Source: Mobula birostris (taxonomy: Eukaryota). Taken from it: DNA of 64,000 nt. Both the position numbers and the translations under genes were made by a program. The notes under the pieces were generated by a model. The model saw nothing but the letters and a program-made list of their open reading frames with translations. It had not been told where the DNA came from and searched no databases. Location of the stretch: positions 62,420,125-62,484,124 of the forward strand of contig NC_092382.1 in assembly GCF_030028105.1 (NCBI RefSeq), read 5' to 3'. The first letter of the stretch is position 1; every line of letters begins with the position of its first letter. Shown here piece after piece: positions 25,360-39,124 of this stretch.

Positions 25360-26020
25360 AATCAGGCAGAAGGCAGCAGTGGTTGGCTGCCAGTGAGTAG
25401 TGGTGTTCCTCAGAGGTCAGTATTGGGAAAGATATTTTTTCAAACTGCTTGTCAAAGATTTGGATAATGTAATTGATGGCTTTGTGGAAAGGTTTGCAGA
25501 TGATACAAATATTGCAGGAGGAGTAGGCAGTGCCAAGGAAGCAATGCGATTACAGCAGAATTTAGACGAATTGCAAGAACGGGCAAAAATGTGACTGATG
25601 GAATACAGTGTGGCGTAAAGAATGATCACCATTTTGTTAAAAGGAACATTAGTGCGGAACGTTATCAAAATGGGGTGAAAATTCAAACATCAGGCTGCAG
25701 AAGAGCTTAGGAGTCCTTGTGCAAGAGTTGAAGAAAGATAAGTTGTAGGCTCAGTCTCTGGTGAAGAAAGCAAATGCAATGCAAGCACTTACTTCAAGAG
25801 GAACAGGATTTAAAAGCAAGGAGATAACGCTGAGCATTTGTAAGTCACTAGTCGGGCCGCACGGAGTGTTGTCATCAGCTATGGGCCCCATATCTCAGAA
25901 AGGATCTGTTCTTATTAGAGAGAGTCGAGAGGACATTCACAAGAATGATTCCGGGAATGACTGGGCCGGTATATGGAGAGCGTTCGGCAGTTTTGGGTCT
26001 GCATTCATTGGAATTTAGAA
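25360..26020 (+). mobile_element. Decayed CR1 RT fragment
   Basis: SGVPQRSVLG, RFADDTNIAG and VKKANAM motifs. Confidence 0.75.
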
Positions 26021-26024
26021 GTAC

Positions 26025-27482
26025 GTTTCGGCCTCCCTGTTCAAAATTTCTGTTACTGTGATTTGTTAAGTGAGTAGAAGATGACCTGATCTCTAAAATT
26101 CATAATGTTAAAGACAAATCATTCTTTTCAACATTTTAAACAAGGTTGGTGTATTATTTTTGTTTTGTACAATTTTACAGTGAAAAAAGGAAGGGAGAAC
26201 CATGCAAAAGTTGTAGCACCCCAAGAGATCTGAGCTCTCAGGGAACGTTTACCAATGTCTCAGACCATAATTAGCTTATCAGGGCTATGGCTTGTATACA
26301 GTCATCATTAGGAAAGCTAGGTGATACAAATTTCAAAGTTCGTAAGTACCCTGACTCTTCGAACCTTGTCCCAACAATCAGCATCCATGGGCTCCTCTAA
26401 GCAGCTGCTAAGCACACAGAAAATTAAAACAAATGATGTCCGCAAAGCAGGAGAAGGCTGTAAGAAGATAGTAAAGCGTTTTCAGGTAGCCATTTCCTCA
26501 GCTCGTCATGTAATTAAGAGATGGCAGTTAAAAGGAACGGTGGGCGTGAAATTGAGGTCTGGAAGACCAAGAAAACTTTCCGAGAGAACTGCTCGTAGGA
26601 TTGCTAGACAGGCAAATCAAAACCCCCGTTTGACATCAAAAGACCTTCAGGAAGATTTTGCAGACTCTGGAGTGGTGGTGTACCGTCCTACTGTGCAGTG
26701 ACACCAGCACAAATATGACCTTCATGGAACAGTCATCAAAAGAAAACCTTTCCTGCATCCTCACTGCAAAATTCAGTGTCAGAAGTGTGCAAAGGAACAT
26801 CTAAACAAGCCTGATGCATTTTGGAAACAAGTCCTGTCGACTGATGAAGTTAAAATAGAACTTTATGGCCGCAATGAACAAAGGTATGTTTGGAGAAAAA
26901 AATGATGCAGGATTTCAACTCTTAAACCCGGGGGTGGATCGATCATGCTCTGGCCTTGTGGTGCAGCCACTGGCACGGGGAACATTCACTGGTAGAGGGA
27001 AGAATGAATTCAATTAAATACTAGCAAATTCTGGAAGCAAACATCACATCTTCTGTAAAAAAGCTGAAGATGAAAGAGGATGGCTTCTACAACAGGATAA
27101 TGATCCTAAGCACACCTCAAAATCCACAATAGACTGCCATGGCCCTCACAGTCCCCCGACCGAAACATCATCGAAAATCTGTTGATAGACATCAAAAGAG
27201 CAGTGCGTGCAAGACGGCCCAAGAATCTCACAAAAACTAGAAGCTTTTTATAAAAAAGAATGAGCGAAAATCCCCCAAGCAAAAATTGAAAGACCCTTAG
27301 CTGGTTACAAAAAGCGTTTACAAGTTGTGATACAGGGTGCCCAAATTTTTGCTTCGGGGCCTTTTCCTTTTTTGTTATTTTTAAACTGTAAAAGCTGGAA
27401 ATTAAAAAAAAAGTAATCTTGCTTAAATATGTAAGGCATGTGTCATCTGTATGGAAAACAGGTCATCTTTTACGCGCTTACT
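26025..27482 (+). mobile_element. Tc1-like DNA transposon with long inverted repeats, defective transposase
   Basis: ATG at 26387 (MGSSKQL...SGRPRKLSERTARRIAR...NPRLT). Catalytic remnants TDEVKIELYG, QQDNDPKH and SPDRNIIENL. The ends are reverse-complementary (26025-26220 vs 27334-27482). Stops and frameshifts present. Confidence 0.85.
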
Positions 27483-27518
27483 TTTATACCTGCGGAAGAT
27501 TATAACTTTATTGTTGTC

Positions 27519-28681
27519 CAGGGGTCCCCAACCTTTTTTTGCACTGCGGACCGGTTTAATATTGACAATAATCTTCCGGACCGGCCGACCCGGGGTGGGG
27601 GGTAGGGTTGCCCACGGACAAGAGTAGCAGTCAAATACTTTCGGTTTACCCCATAAAGACTACAATGACCATGAAGCCTTGCGCGGGCAACACTACGCAT
27701 GAGTGAATTTGCGCACGCGTGTACGCACTGAGTCTTTTTCTCCAAATCGCTTTTGGCGATTCTGTTAGTGGGGGGCGGTTAATCGCGCCGGGAATATCGG
27801 TGATAAGTGGCTAATACACTCAATTTCGTTTCTAAAAGGGTTTATCTAACGAATTTAATATTAAACACACAGCGCATATTTTCCTCAAATGAATATACCG
27901 ATAAGTCGGTTATCAGGGGAGGACAGGGGAGCTTGAAGTAAGTGTTAGAGGCCGGTTCGATATTATCATTTAAAGAAAAAATGGATAGGTATATAGACAG
28001 GAAAGGAATGGAGGGTTATGTGCTGAGTGCAGGTCGGTGGGACTAGGTGAGAGTAGCGTTCGGCACGGACTAGAAGGGCAGAGATGGCCTGTTTCCGTGC
28101 TGTGATTGTTATATGGTTATATAAGTCAAGAGCATCTTAACATTTTAAGTAATGTTTCGATAGTAAACACACAGCACACATTTTCCCCGTATGGACATAT
28201 AAAATCATTGCAACACACCAATATCGCGGAATCAGTGGGAGCCCTGGGCTTGTTTCCCTGCGACAACACGGTCCTATCGAGGGCTGATGGGAGACAGCGA
28301 TACTCGAAGGGGGTTCCTTATTCCGCAATTTAGTTTTCGTTGCATTCATTGCAGAAAACTCCGCTTCGCAGAAGAACGTTGGAAATGGAAGCAACGTTTT
28401 CAGTGCTTTCGTGGCTGTCTCAGGATATTTAGCCTTGACATTGATCCGGAATGCCGGCAGAGATGTTATGTCAAACATACTCTTCAGCCCGCTGTCATCT
28501 GCAAGCTCGAGGAGTTGATCTTCTTCCCGCACTGACATGGATGACGAGCGAGTAATGACCTCGCGTGTGTTCAAGCTCAACAGTGGGCGTGACAGGGACT
28601 CAGGAAAGGTGCAGCTGACTCAGATTGTTTCCTCGCGGTCCGGTAGCAGATGCTTTGCGGCCCGGTGGTTGGGGACCGCTG
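27519..28681 (-). mobile_element. Internally deleted hAT (Charlie-like) transposon with a nested CR1 3' end at ~27948-28122
   Basis: TIRs CAGGGGTCCCCAACC and GGTTGGGGACCGCTG. 8-bp flanks TTGTTGTC/TTGTAGTT match 6/8. Transposase C-terminal dimerisation remnant KYPETATKALKTLLPFPT..CEAEFSAMNATKTKLRN. Confidence 0.85.
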
Positions 28682-28699
28682 TTGTAGTTGATCTGTGCT

Positions 28700-29130
28700 C
28701 AGCATTTTTCTCCTTTGCACAAGGACAGCCAGTATTTAATTGCCTTATAAGAATCTGCCACAGTTTAACACTCCTTGCACATTTGGCGGTAAAAGGGCAC
28801 AGGATGTATTTGGAGAAATTGCAGTTTTGCCAGCATACTGTCCAGTACCTTGGATTCCAGCTCAGTAAAGGCGAAGTTTGGGAAGCAATCGAATGAACGT
28901 AATAAAGCAGGTCCTTGTCCCGAAAACGAAAGTGGATTTTTTTTCCCTTCCTGGGAATGGAAGGGTGCCATCGACAGTGAATTAACGAATTCTGAAAAAA
29001 GGTTAGATTATTGCATTCTACTATGCTTCAAACGTTGCTCCCCTCCATCATGGACTGGACACCCACCCGAAAGGGAGAAAGCCTTCCAGAACCTGAAGCA
29101 GGCTTTAGTCACAGCTCCCGCTCGGGTTAC
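28700..29130 (+). mobile_element. Retroviral (ERV-like) pol RT fragment
   Basis: HLAVKGHRMYLEKLQFCQHTVQYLG and EKAFQNLKQALVTAPA motifs. Confidence 0.6.
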
Positions 29131-29158
29131 CTAGCAAGAGCAAGCACTTTCAACAATA

Positions 29159-29406
29159 CAGTGGCATGCAAAAGTTTGGGACCCCGGTCAAATGTTCTGT
29201 TACTGTGAATAGCTAAGCGAGTAAAAGATGAACTAATTTCCAAAAGGCATAACGTTAAAGATGACACAGTTCTTTAATATTTTAAGGAGGATTACTTTTT
29301 TTTGTTTCCTTCCCTCACAGTTTCAAAATAACAACAAAATGAAAACGCTCTAAGCAAAAGTTTGGGCACCCTGCATAGTCAGTACTTAGTAACAGCCCCT
29401 TTGGCA
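29159..29406 (-). mobile_element. Isolated Tc1 terminal inverted repeat (3' end of a related element)
   Basis: TA|CAGTGGCATGCAAAAGTTTGGG outer repeat and AAAAGTTTGGGCACCCTG inner repeat, homologous to the TIRs at 26025 and 27334. Confidence 0.75.
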
Positions 29407-29419
29407 ACCAACACAGAGG

Positions 29420-30265
29420 TGTACCCAAATGTAAGACACAGACACTAAGTACAGGACTAGGCGTGACAAGGAAGCAAGGGAAGAGGGGAAGAAATTACGA
29501 TGGACATTGACACAGGCCCTGGACGAGACAAAGTTTCAGGGCCTGGGCTAGGACTTGACTAGAATAGCGGAAGCAGGACATGGAACTGGGAACTAGGAGC
29601 CTGAGCTTAGACTCCGAGCCAGAGACTGGACAAGGACCCAGAGCCTGGGTCTTGACTCGGTCTCGGACTCCCGAACTAGGCGAGGACAAGACGTGGCTAC
29701 AGGACGGGAAAAGAGACTGCACGACAGGACGCGGAATCCCCAGCACCGGACTGGGCGAGGTACTCCTGGGTTGGGCGAGGCATAAGGACAGGACTAGAAC
29801 ACGAAGCCTTGACTTGGACAGGACGAGATTCTTGGAATTGGCTAGGACAGGACGAGGTTCTTGGACAGGACGAGAGACTCTAGCACAGGATAAGGGAACT
29901 CCAGCACCGGGCTGAGGGAGGTACTCCTGGGCTGGGCGAGGCATAATGACAGGACGAGAACACGAAGCCTTGACTTGGACAGGACGAGAACTCCAGCACA
30001 GGACAAGGCAACACCAGCACCGGGTTGGGCGAGGTACTCCTGGGCTGGCCAACAACACAAAGCCTTGACTTGGTCGAGGGAGAGACAGGAACGCAGAGCC
30101 TTGGTTGAGGGAGAGAAAGGAACGTGGAACCGGGAGAGCCGGGACCCCTCTTTGAGATCAGGACGTAGGGCCGTGACTCATTACACAGAATGGAGAATAA
30201 GACGGGACGGTCCCAACAAAAGCGGCAGACGGCCAGACCTACCTAGCGAATGCGTAGACACAGAA
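29420..30265. mobile_element. Truncated copy of the 18498-19722 LTR-like family with a different internal tandem expansion
   Basis: Shared blocks (CAGACACTAAGTAC, ACAGGCCCTGGACGAGACAA, GACTCCGAGCCAGAGACTGGACAAG, CCTAGCGAA). Confidence 0.75.
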
Positions 30266-33200
30266 TAATCAAATACATGTATTTTCTTTTAAAATCCCGT
30301 GTTAAGAAAGAGTTAAAATAGTCAAAAATCACATTTGATCCTCCCTTGGCGGGCGTAAAATGGAAGACAGAGAACAACGGTTCTGAAAGAGATCCGCATT
30401 AGCTTGGAAAGTGGAAGTTTTATGAGAGAGAAAAGGACTATCAGCCTTCTGTGCAAACGAGCTCTCATGATAGACAGGAGTAGCATGTAGACAAGAAAGG
30501 CAGACGTGGGTGGGGGAAGACAGTAAGTGAGAGTGAGAGAGGGAGACAGATACAGAGAATAATTGAATTAGCTGTTGGGAACTGTGTTCCCTCCCGCACA
30601 ATGTGGATCAGATTAGTGAGTGGCCGATAATCATTCTTTGCACACAGTCCTTCTGTTCCTTTACAAGTGGCTGACTGCTAGTTATCGTGTCATCCTGATA
30701 TATTAGTAATTTAATGATCTTCAGCATGTGTACTTTGTCTCAGTTTGCTGCGAAATCCTGATGCTGTTGAATCAGAACGGAGGAAGAAAAATAAAATATG
30801 TTCCTTACACCCCATACCCGTACGCATATCCCATACAAGAGGGCACGCAGCAATCATACAGACTTTGTCACTGTACGGCAGCTGATGCTGTTCCACTGGG
30901 TGTATCGTGTCGGTGTGATAGGATGCACTTTAATCCAGGGGCATCAGCATCTTTCTATGCAATGACTTTGTATTTATTGGCAGTGAAAGGTGACGCTGTA
31001 ACTTTTCACGATCTGCTCTCCATTGAAGATCACACAAAAACACCAGTGCTCTAAACCAAATATTCACTGAATTTTATTATTTTTTTTTTCTTATCTAATC
31101 GATTCCTTGGGATACTTCCTCTCACTTGAGCAGTAGACGCAATCATATATTATTTCAATTTTTCTTATGCTTTTGGAAACTAATGTTGTTTTAATTTTAC
31201 CCCAGCCGAATGATATGGTATATCTGTGACCCCGCAAAGGCCGAACGGAAACTGGTGAATAATACAAGAATAGCTTCTTTCCCTCAGCTATCAGGTTTCT
31301 GAATGGATATTGAACCCATAAAAAACTCCCTCACTACATGTTGTCCTCTTTGTGCACTAATTCAATTTAGCTCTTTTATATATTATCTTCTAACGTGATT
31401 TTAAACCTCCTTCTGGTTCTGATTGTGTACAGTCTGTGGTTCGCTTCTAAGATTCGCTGCTGCTTTATTTAGAATTGCATAGGGTTCATTTAAGAAATCA
31501 ACTACGCCTCTGATAGTTGTAACCAACCAGAAGTTCGGACTATTTCCCTTTTCCTATCTGGCAACCTTCTCAATCTACTGTGTAATGTTATCCTCCACCA
31601 CCAATCATTTTGCGCTGCGTTTGAGATTTATTCTGAGATATGGTTGGAAAAGTTTTTTTCCTCAGGTCCCTCTGTATTACCAATCCCTTTACACGGTTCC
31701 ATTGTCCAAATACTATCCCGTCGCGCAGGGTGAGAAGGCTCTTCCGTTTTGGTTATGTCCACCATCAGGTATAATAAAGAAGATGCTGATTATGATTTAT
31801 TCTCTGTATGTGTTTGTGCTGCACACGTGGAGACTGAAACGGCTACGCAAAAGCTAAAGTTAAAATGGTCAACATTTGTGCCACCAAATTACATTATTCC
31901 GTTGTTCAATCCCTTCACTCCGACATCCGAACTATAAAACGAGTTATTTCTGTTGGCGATCATTTCATATAGTTTCCAGTCTGCTGTGCACAGGATGATC
32001 TATACTGAAACCATATCAGATACATGATGACAAATTGCAAATCTACTGTATTGGCATCAGAATAACGACACATCAGTTGCGCTTTTAAGGTAAAAGCCGA
32101 TACATGGGTTTGGCGGTGATCCTTCATTTGAGGTTAACGGTGAAGCAGCAGGACAGTAGCGGCTGGAATAATTGTCCATCTGTCCTGTTAGTTACGCTGC
32201 CATATGGGGCAGTAATGTACAAAATACAATGCCGCATTTATGGTGACTTTGATCTAGGTAATCGCGATCGGCTGACTGCAAGGGAGTTGGATAAATCTGC
32301 AGCTGAATTCTATGCAGAGAGGAAGAATTTAAAATATGGGTGTCTTACGAATATATTTCAGTGAACGAACAGGACACGCTGTAAAATTATCACTGTGGTC
32401 ACGGTTATGGCTCAAAAGACAACATTATCATCATGGTCAACTGTGGGCGTTGAATAGTAATGACGTCGGCAGCTTGGCCTGCAGTGAGATCATCATCTCA
32501 GCTCAGTGAGCCGAGATCCGGAGAAGCAATGACAACGTCAGCGTGAGCAGTGACCAACTTTGAAAGTGTAGAACACTCTGTCTATTAAAGGAAAGAGCCC
32601 GTTAATCTTTCTGAAGTTCCAGCATTACACTCAATGTGTCTGTTTCGTATCCGCTGTTCTGCAGTTCCAATCCAGGGACTGGCTCTCCATGAGGTCGGAG
32701 AGATGCGTTTGAGTGTCAGCGGCTGAGACTTTGGACAGATTCATCAAGGCTGTGCTTCTCATCCGTCCCCATTTACAGAGAACTCTTCCTTTTCTTCTTT
32801 TAGAGCAATGTTTACAAATCATTGCAAGATCTTTCAGAATAGCGTGTTTTTTTATACAAACATATGGCGTATTCCATAATTCTGGATGTGCCGAACTGCA
32901 ACGGGTAAACTACAACTATTGCTGACTGCAATTAACCTGATTTGAGATTTGCATTAATTCTCTTTGTTGTTGTACACAGCCAGGTTGAATCAAAACAAAC
33001 CTGAACATTTATTCGCAACATTCTTCACAATACGTTTAAGTGTTTAAATATGTTAAATGCGTGCTTATATGCATACATAATATTTCAACAATTATATTTC
33101 CTATGTCATTACCAGTATGCGAGATCAGAACAAGAAGCTGCTGTATAAAGCTGTAACTGATGTAGACTCGATATTATTATATTCCCCCGTGTGTTCCATT

Positions 33201-33379
33201 GTCTGCACCACTGAATACAAGCGGCTCCTCCTTTCATACTTTTGGTTATTTATCCACTTCTCCACGGAAAAATGTCCGGAATTTTTTTTTTGTGAGGTAG
33301 ACCAAATCAACAAATCAAAGAAACGTAAGACTCCCCCGCCCCTCCCCACCCCGCTTTTCCTCCGCTAGCCGGCAGGTCA

Positions 33380-35100
33380 CACTTGAGTATGGTTAGTCAA
33401 ATTGCTTAGCCCACTACTCCCCCTCCACCCCACCGATCAGGGTGACGCGCAACCATGGGAGTTGGTGGAGGATGGTCCTACGAGCAGATGCTGTATATCA
33501 CAGGGCCTGGTTACGCGACTATTGATGCCAGACAGACAATCTTTGAAGAGTGCTGATTATCCCTGGAGTCCTCGAACACAGGGGCGATTTGTTGCCGTTT
33601 TCCTTATTCACATTAACGATCAAAATGAGATCGCATTTGAGATTGTGGAAGAGATTCTGGGGAACGTATGATCTGTACCAAAGGGACAAGTTACACCTGA
33701 ACCCATGGGGTCTAATGTCATAGGGGGCAAGTTGGCTCGAGTTTTTCTGGTCATTTTATCTTAATTTGGTATAGGGCAGGGAACCGGCGTGATAGTGTTA
33801 AAGATGCGGCAGTTGTTTGAGAAACAGAGGCAATGTGTAACGAGACTACTAGAAAGGAAAGGTTGATGATAGAGCAAAATTACTATCAAGATTAGCTGCA
33901 AGTTTAAAAGACGGCGAAATTGAAATGAGTGAATACTGGACTGAAGGTGTTATATTTGAATGCGCGTTGTTTACTGGATATTGTAGAAGAACTTCCAGCA
34001 GAGCTGCATATTGGCATACGTGTGTAAGCTGTAGAAAGAACAACTGAATCATAGTTGAAAGTAGATTATAGCTAGGAGCTTAATGTGAGTGATACACATT
34101 GTAGCAAAAGTCCAGGAAAGAATGTGGAAGGGGCGGTGTTACTGTGTTGGTTAAAAATGAAATCAAGTCATTGGAAAGAGGTGATAGAGGGTCGTGAGGT
34201 GTTGTATCATTGTGGGCAGAGCAAGCGAACTGTAAGGGTAAAACCGCTTGATGCGAATTTTAGAGAGACCCCACAGACAAGAGTAGGGATGTGGTATACA
34301 AATTACAACGAGAGATAGAACTCCATGCCTAAAGGGTAATATAACAATCGTCTTGAGGGATTTAATATTCAGCACGACTGGGAAAATCATGTTGGTGCTG
34401 GATTCCAACAGTGAGAATTTCTAGAATGCCTACGTGATTTTTTTTAGAGCAACACGAAGTTAACCCACTACGGTATCAGCTATTCTGGATTGTGCACAGT
34501 GTAATGAGCCGGAATTAATTGGAGAGATACATCAAAGAACGCTTTGGAGAAAGTGATCGCAATATGATCTAATCCACCCTGAAATTTGCGAAAAAAAGAG
34601 CTGAAGTGGGATGCATCAGAATTACAGTGGAGTAAATGGAATTAAAGAGGCATGAGAGAGGAGGCGGCCAAAATTGGTTTGGAAAAGGGCATTGGCAGCA
34701 ATGAAGGGCATTGGCAGCAATGAAGAGCACTGCAGCAATGGCTGTCATTTCCGGAAGGGATCTGGAAGACACAGGATATGTACTTCCGAAAGAGGAGATG
34801 CCTTTTAAAGGAAAGATGGTACAACCCGTGGCGAACAAGAGAAGTCAAAGACAACATAATAGCCATAGAGTAGGTTTGCAATGCAGCAAGAATTCCTGGG
34901 AAGCGTGACGATTTTCTGATGCCAACGGAAGGCAACTAATAAGTCACTAAGAAGTTAAAGAAATTATGGAAGCCGATAAAATTATAGAAGTTAACAAATG
35001 TTTATTCAGATACACCGCGTGTATAAGAGTGGCAAGAGTGGATATTGTACTGCTGGAAAGCGATGATCAAGAGGCAGCATAGGATAGAATTGAATGGCGG
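33380..35100 (+). mobile_element. Very old CR1 ORF1/endonuclease remnant
   Basis: Degraded KVLYLNAR, RDFNIQ and EPTTVSAILD-type motifs, collinear with the CR1 at 1985-6090. Confidence 0.55.
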
Positions 35101-38100
35101 ACGTACTAAAACAGTATTCTACATCAATTTTCACTGTGACACTGCCAGTATGGTGGAAGATCCAGTTGTCACGGGTCATGAAATGAAACCACCAGTCTAC
35201 ACAATAATTCCAAAATTAGAGTTGCTAGTAGATAATGTTCTGCAATCCTCCGAAGAAATTCCCTGTCACAGTACAAATCCTTCAATGCAACCTGAATCGT
35301 CATGGCAACAATCGTTCAGTAGTCACTTTATCATTGCAGCACACTAGCTAGTGCACCGTGTTTTTTTTTTTAATTGCGGATGTTGTGAAGGTTTAATTGA
35401 ACGGAGGACATTATACACATCATTTTGAAGACAATTTGGTGCACGATGTTTTGCGGAAGTTGACACCACTTTCTGCTGAGTGAAGGATCACCCCCTTAGT
35501 AAAAATGGTCAGTTAGGCACAGGCAAATTCTGTACTTATTGTATCAATTAAAACACAAGTGAATTTACACAACCTAAAACCTGAGTGAACCATAGTAATA
35601 TTCCAGACACCACCCCCACCTCACCAATGAACAGCCAAAGAATGTAAAACCTGGGAAGCAGTCTACGCAGGCCAAGTGCTCTTCCTTGTCCAGATCCCAT
35701 CTCCACGTGTCCTAACTGTTTTTTTTTTTACTTCTGTTCCTTTGCATCCGAAGCTTCATTTTGGAAGCTACTCTAACTGGTGACAGAAGATAAAGGTAAC
35801 ATGCGACCAGCGTATCTTGTCTTGTTTCCTCTATCGCCTAAGGAGGTTCACCCTCGGCACTGGTAAACTCAGAGCACAAATAACCTGATATATCTGCCGA
35901 ACAGGTGCCAGCCACCCTTCAGTTGCCCGTGGGAATTTCATTTCACTCGCGTCCGGAGCCTCTATGCCCACACGATACCCCCTTCGACCCACGACACCAC
36001 AAAAAAAAAAAAAAAAAAAAACTTGACCCCCTGGTGAATTTTAGCGAGACTGCTCAGGTGACTAACTTTGCACCTATCCTTCTGCCATATTCGGCGTTTT
36101 AAACAATGATTCTTGTTGATATCTGCATTTTGACAGCTTGTGCATTGCTCTGTTAGATGTGTTTGGACAGCCGTCAGCTGCGAACCGTAAACGTTATGCT
36201 GTGTCTGAATGTCCCTTCATGCTCATGCATCAAACTTCATTACGATGTTCCGAGCTTTGATCTCTGACATCACCCATCCTTCAACATCGCCCACTCCAGC
36301 CCACTGCTATCCCATCAATGGCTTCACTGGAACAGCAACTCGAAAGTCGTTCGGGCACACATTTTTGTGCTTATTGTGAAGTTGTTGAATATCACCGCTC
36401 AGGGAATAATGACTCTGGGATGTAAGATTAAAGATCCCACAGAAGCGTTCACTTGAATTTAGTTCAATAATTTTTATTGAATAATCTTGTGTCAGAAATA
36501 TCGATATGTAAAGGTAATAGAATGCCACCAACTATTGTTTCGCTTGTGCGTTTTCGGCATTAATTGTTCTCTGATCAGTCTGTGCCTCTCTGTGACTCCA
36601 ACCCGATATCTACTCTCAAATGTTGGAATTGTTTATTGTCATTCATCAATACACGAGCATAATGGAGAACGAAACCATTGTTACTCGATTCCGATGCAGC
36701 TTAAAAAAAAACAAATTACGTATAAAACACAATAAATAGTAATATAAACGTTATAGCATAAAATAAAATGTACAATGAGATAGTAATTACATAGGATTAA
36801 TTGATATACATTATCTGTGTGTATGTACTTAAATAGGGGGTGGTTGCAGGTGTATCTGAATATCAGATGACTCTGACAGAAAATGATAAAATAACAGACT
36901 GAATTACCTCTAAAATGTGCCGACGCCCAGATCGTTCTGCGGTATAATTGCAAAGACAGTTTGCACAATACTTTAAACCGTTTCGAACCAATCAATCCCC
37001 ATCCATCGGGACTCAGAGAGAGATAAGTTATGAAACATGTGGATATCTAGGCAGAAAATCTCACAGATATGCATCCACTGTCCATACAAACAGCTTAACC
37101 GAGTTTTACAGAGATGCGATAAGGTTGTGAGAAATGGTAAAGGGCAAACAAGCAACAGATGTTTCCTTTACAATGCTTCAATCATGAAGCGAGCCTCTGC
37201 TGTATCCGAGTTTCTCGTATTTCTTAGAATATTTGCGGTACAGAGTGGTGAATCTGTGGAATTCTTTGCGTAGGCTGTTGCGGAGGCCGTTTTTGCCGTA
37301 TATTTAAGGCGGATGTCAAAGAATTATTAATTGATCAGGGCTTAACTGGAGAAGGGAAAAGATTGGAGGCGATGAAAAATGGATCCAACAAGATGAAATG
37401 GCGGAATTTCGTTTGGTGGCCGAGACTTGATGCAAACATCGAGCACATAGTTGGTGCACGCGACCCCTGCTTTTGTAACTAAATCTCTCCAATGTTCCGT
37501 CCGAATCAGTCCCTGATCGCAGAGGTCAGCGCTCTTTCAGTCATGCCCGCATGGCCCTCCCTCCACCACGGACGTCCATCCTTCAGCTACCTGAGGTGAA
37601 ATTTCCCCAATACCATCCGTCAGCCCCGTAGCCTGTCTATTCCTTCCACTCTGAGAATTCTCTCAGTGGAAAATTGGGCGAGATACGCATCCCGTCAAAA
37701 ACTCATCCTCAAGAATGTTCCAAGCCATATGGTAAGCGACACGTAAGTGAAAGGGTTCTAGGGGAACGAAACAAGGCAAATAGGGTATAGCCTCCTGGGT
37801 AATAACTGGGGAATAGCAATCACACTGTGAAATACGCTGAAATCCGGGTGGGCATATGAAATACAACCAGAAGCTATTCCTTAATGAGACATTATCATGG
37901 CTAATATTTTCCCACGAAGAAGTTCTTGTTTTCTTCCGCATCTAATCTGGTTGACTTTATATTAAAAATGGCAATGAAGAAGTATTTCAAAGACTGCGAC
38001 TCTGCTGAATTTCGGATCAAACGTTACTAACATTCACTACATTTCCTAAAGGATATCCTTCCCGTCACAGTTCTAAATTATCCCGTTTCTTAACACCCCA

Positions 38101-39124
38101 CCTGGGGTGTTAATGTATCCTGTCCGCAGTGTGTAAGTTTGGTTCAGTTCATTTCTGTTTCTTGTATTTACTCCATGGATCTCCTCCTGCATCCATTCCA
38201 CTCTGTCATACTCCTCCTTTGGAGCTTTGTAACATTCTTACTGTTGCCATGTCTCCGTCGTACTTTTCCATGTTGTAAGATGTCCACTCATGTTTCTCTG
38301 AAGTTCCGTCTCTCGGGAAGTCTTCTCTGCCAATATAGGGAAATTCCTTTCTATATTTCAATTATTTCCTCTGCATATTCTCCCCACGACTCTCACCAGT
38401 TCAGCACGGTGAGATTTGCCTGGTCTTCATGCTCTTCAATATCAGCAAGATTCTACCAACCTTCACAAATCCTTTTTTATTTTCTCTCTCTCTCTCCCAC
38501 TCCACGTCTTTCAGCATTTTGAAGGGAACATTCTTTCCCTGATTTTCCCTCGATACCATTATGCCCTGGTCCTAGATGAGGCACATCCACTGTGATCCAG
38601 GGACATGGAGCTGAGCAAAATAGCGGGCTAAGTGCTACCGAAATTCTAGGCAGCCTCTAGAGTAGATCTCCCTGCTCCAGGCCGAAGAGCCTGTAATGTG
38701 CTGTAAATATCTCTGTTCGATGTTCTATGCGCATACAGATTTTCTCTCCGTCCAGAGAAAACAGTAATAGAGTGGAACATCTGTTAATTTTGCGTTCTTC
38801 ATTGAACGTTGAAAGACACGTCTCCTGTGCTTTGTGAAAAAGACAGACGGATGAGTAACCGTTCCTGCTTATCCTTGACTGTCTTGTTCCTGCCACTTTA
38901 ATTCCTCATTCCTCTAACTTCTGATCTTTGTCTGCCTGGCCACATGCACTGATATATCGGTGAAACACCCTGGTTTCCTTGGCTGCGGAAGTCTAAGGCA
39001 AACACTCTCAATTCCCGCTAATCTCGTGAGATTGAGATGGCTCGATCCCACCCCAAACCCCAGTTTGTGTGGATGCTGTGTAATTTGCTACCCTGTAACA
39101 CTGCATACGATTAAAGCAACTATA

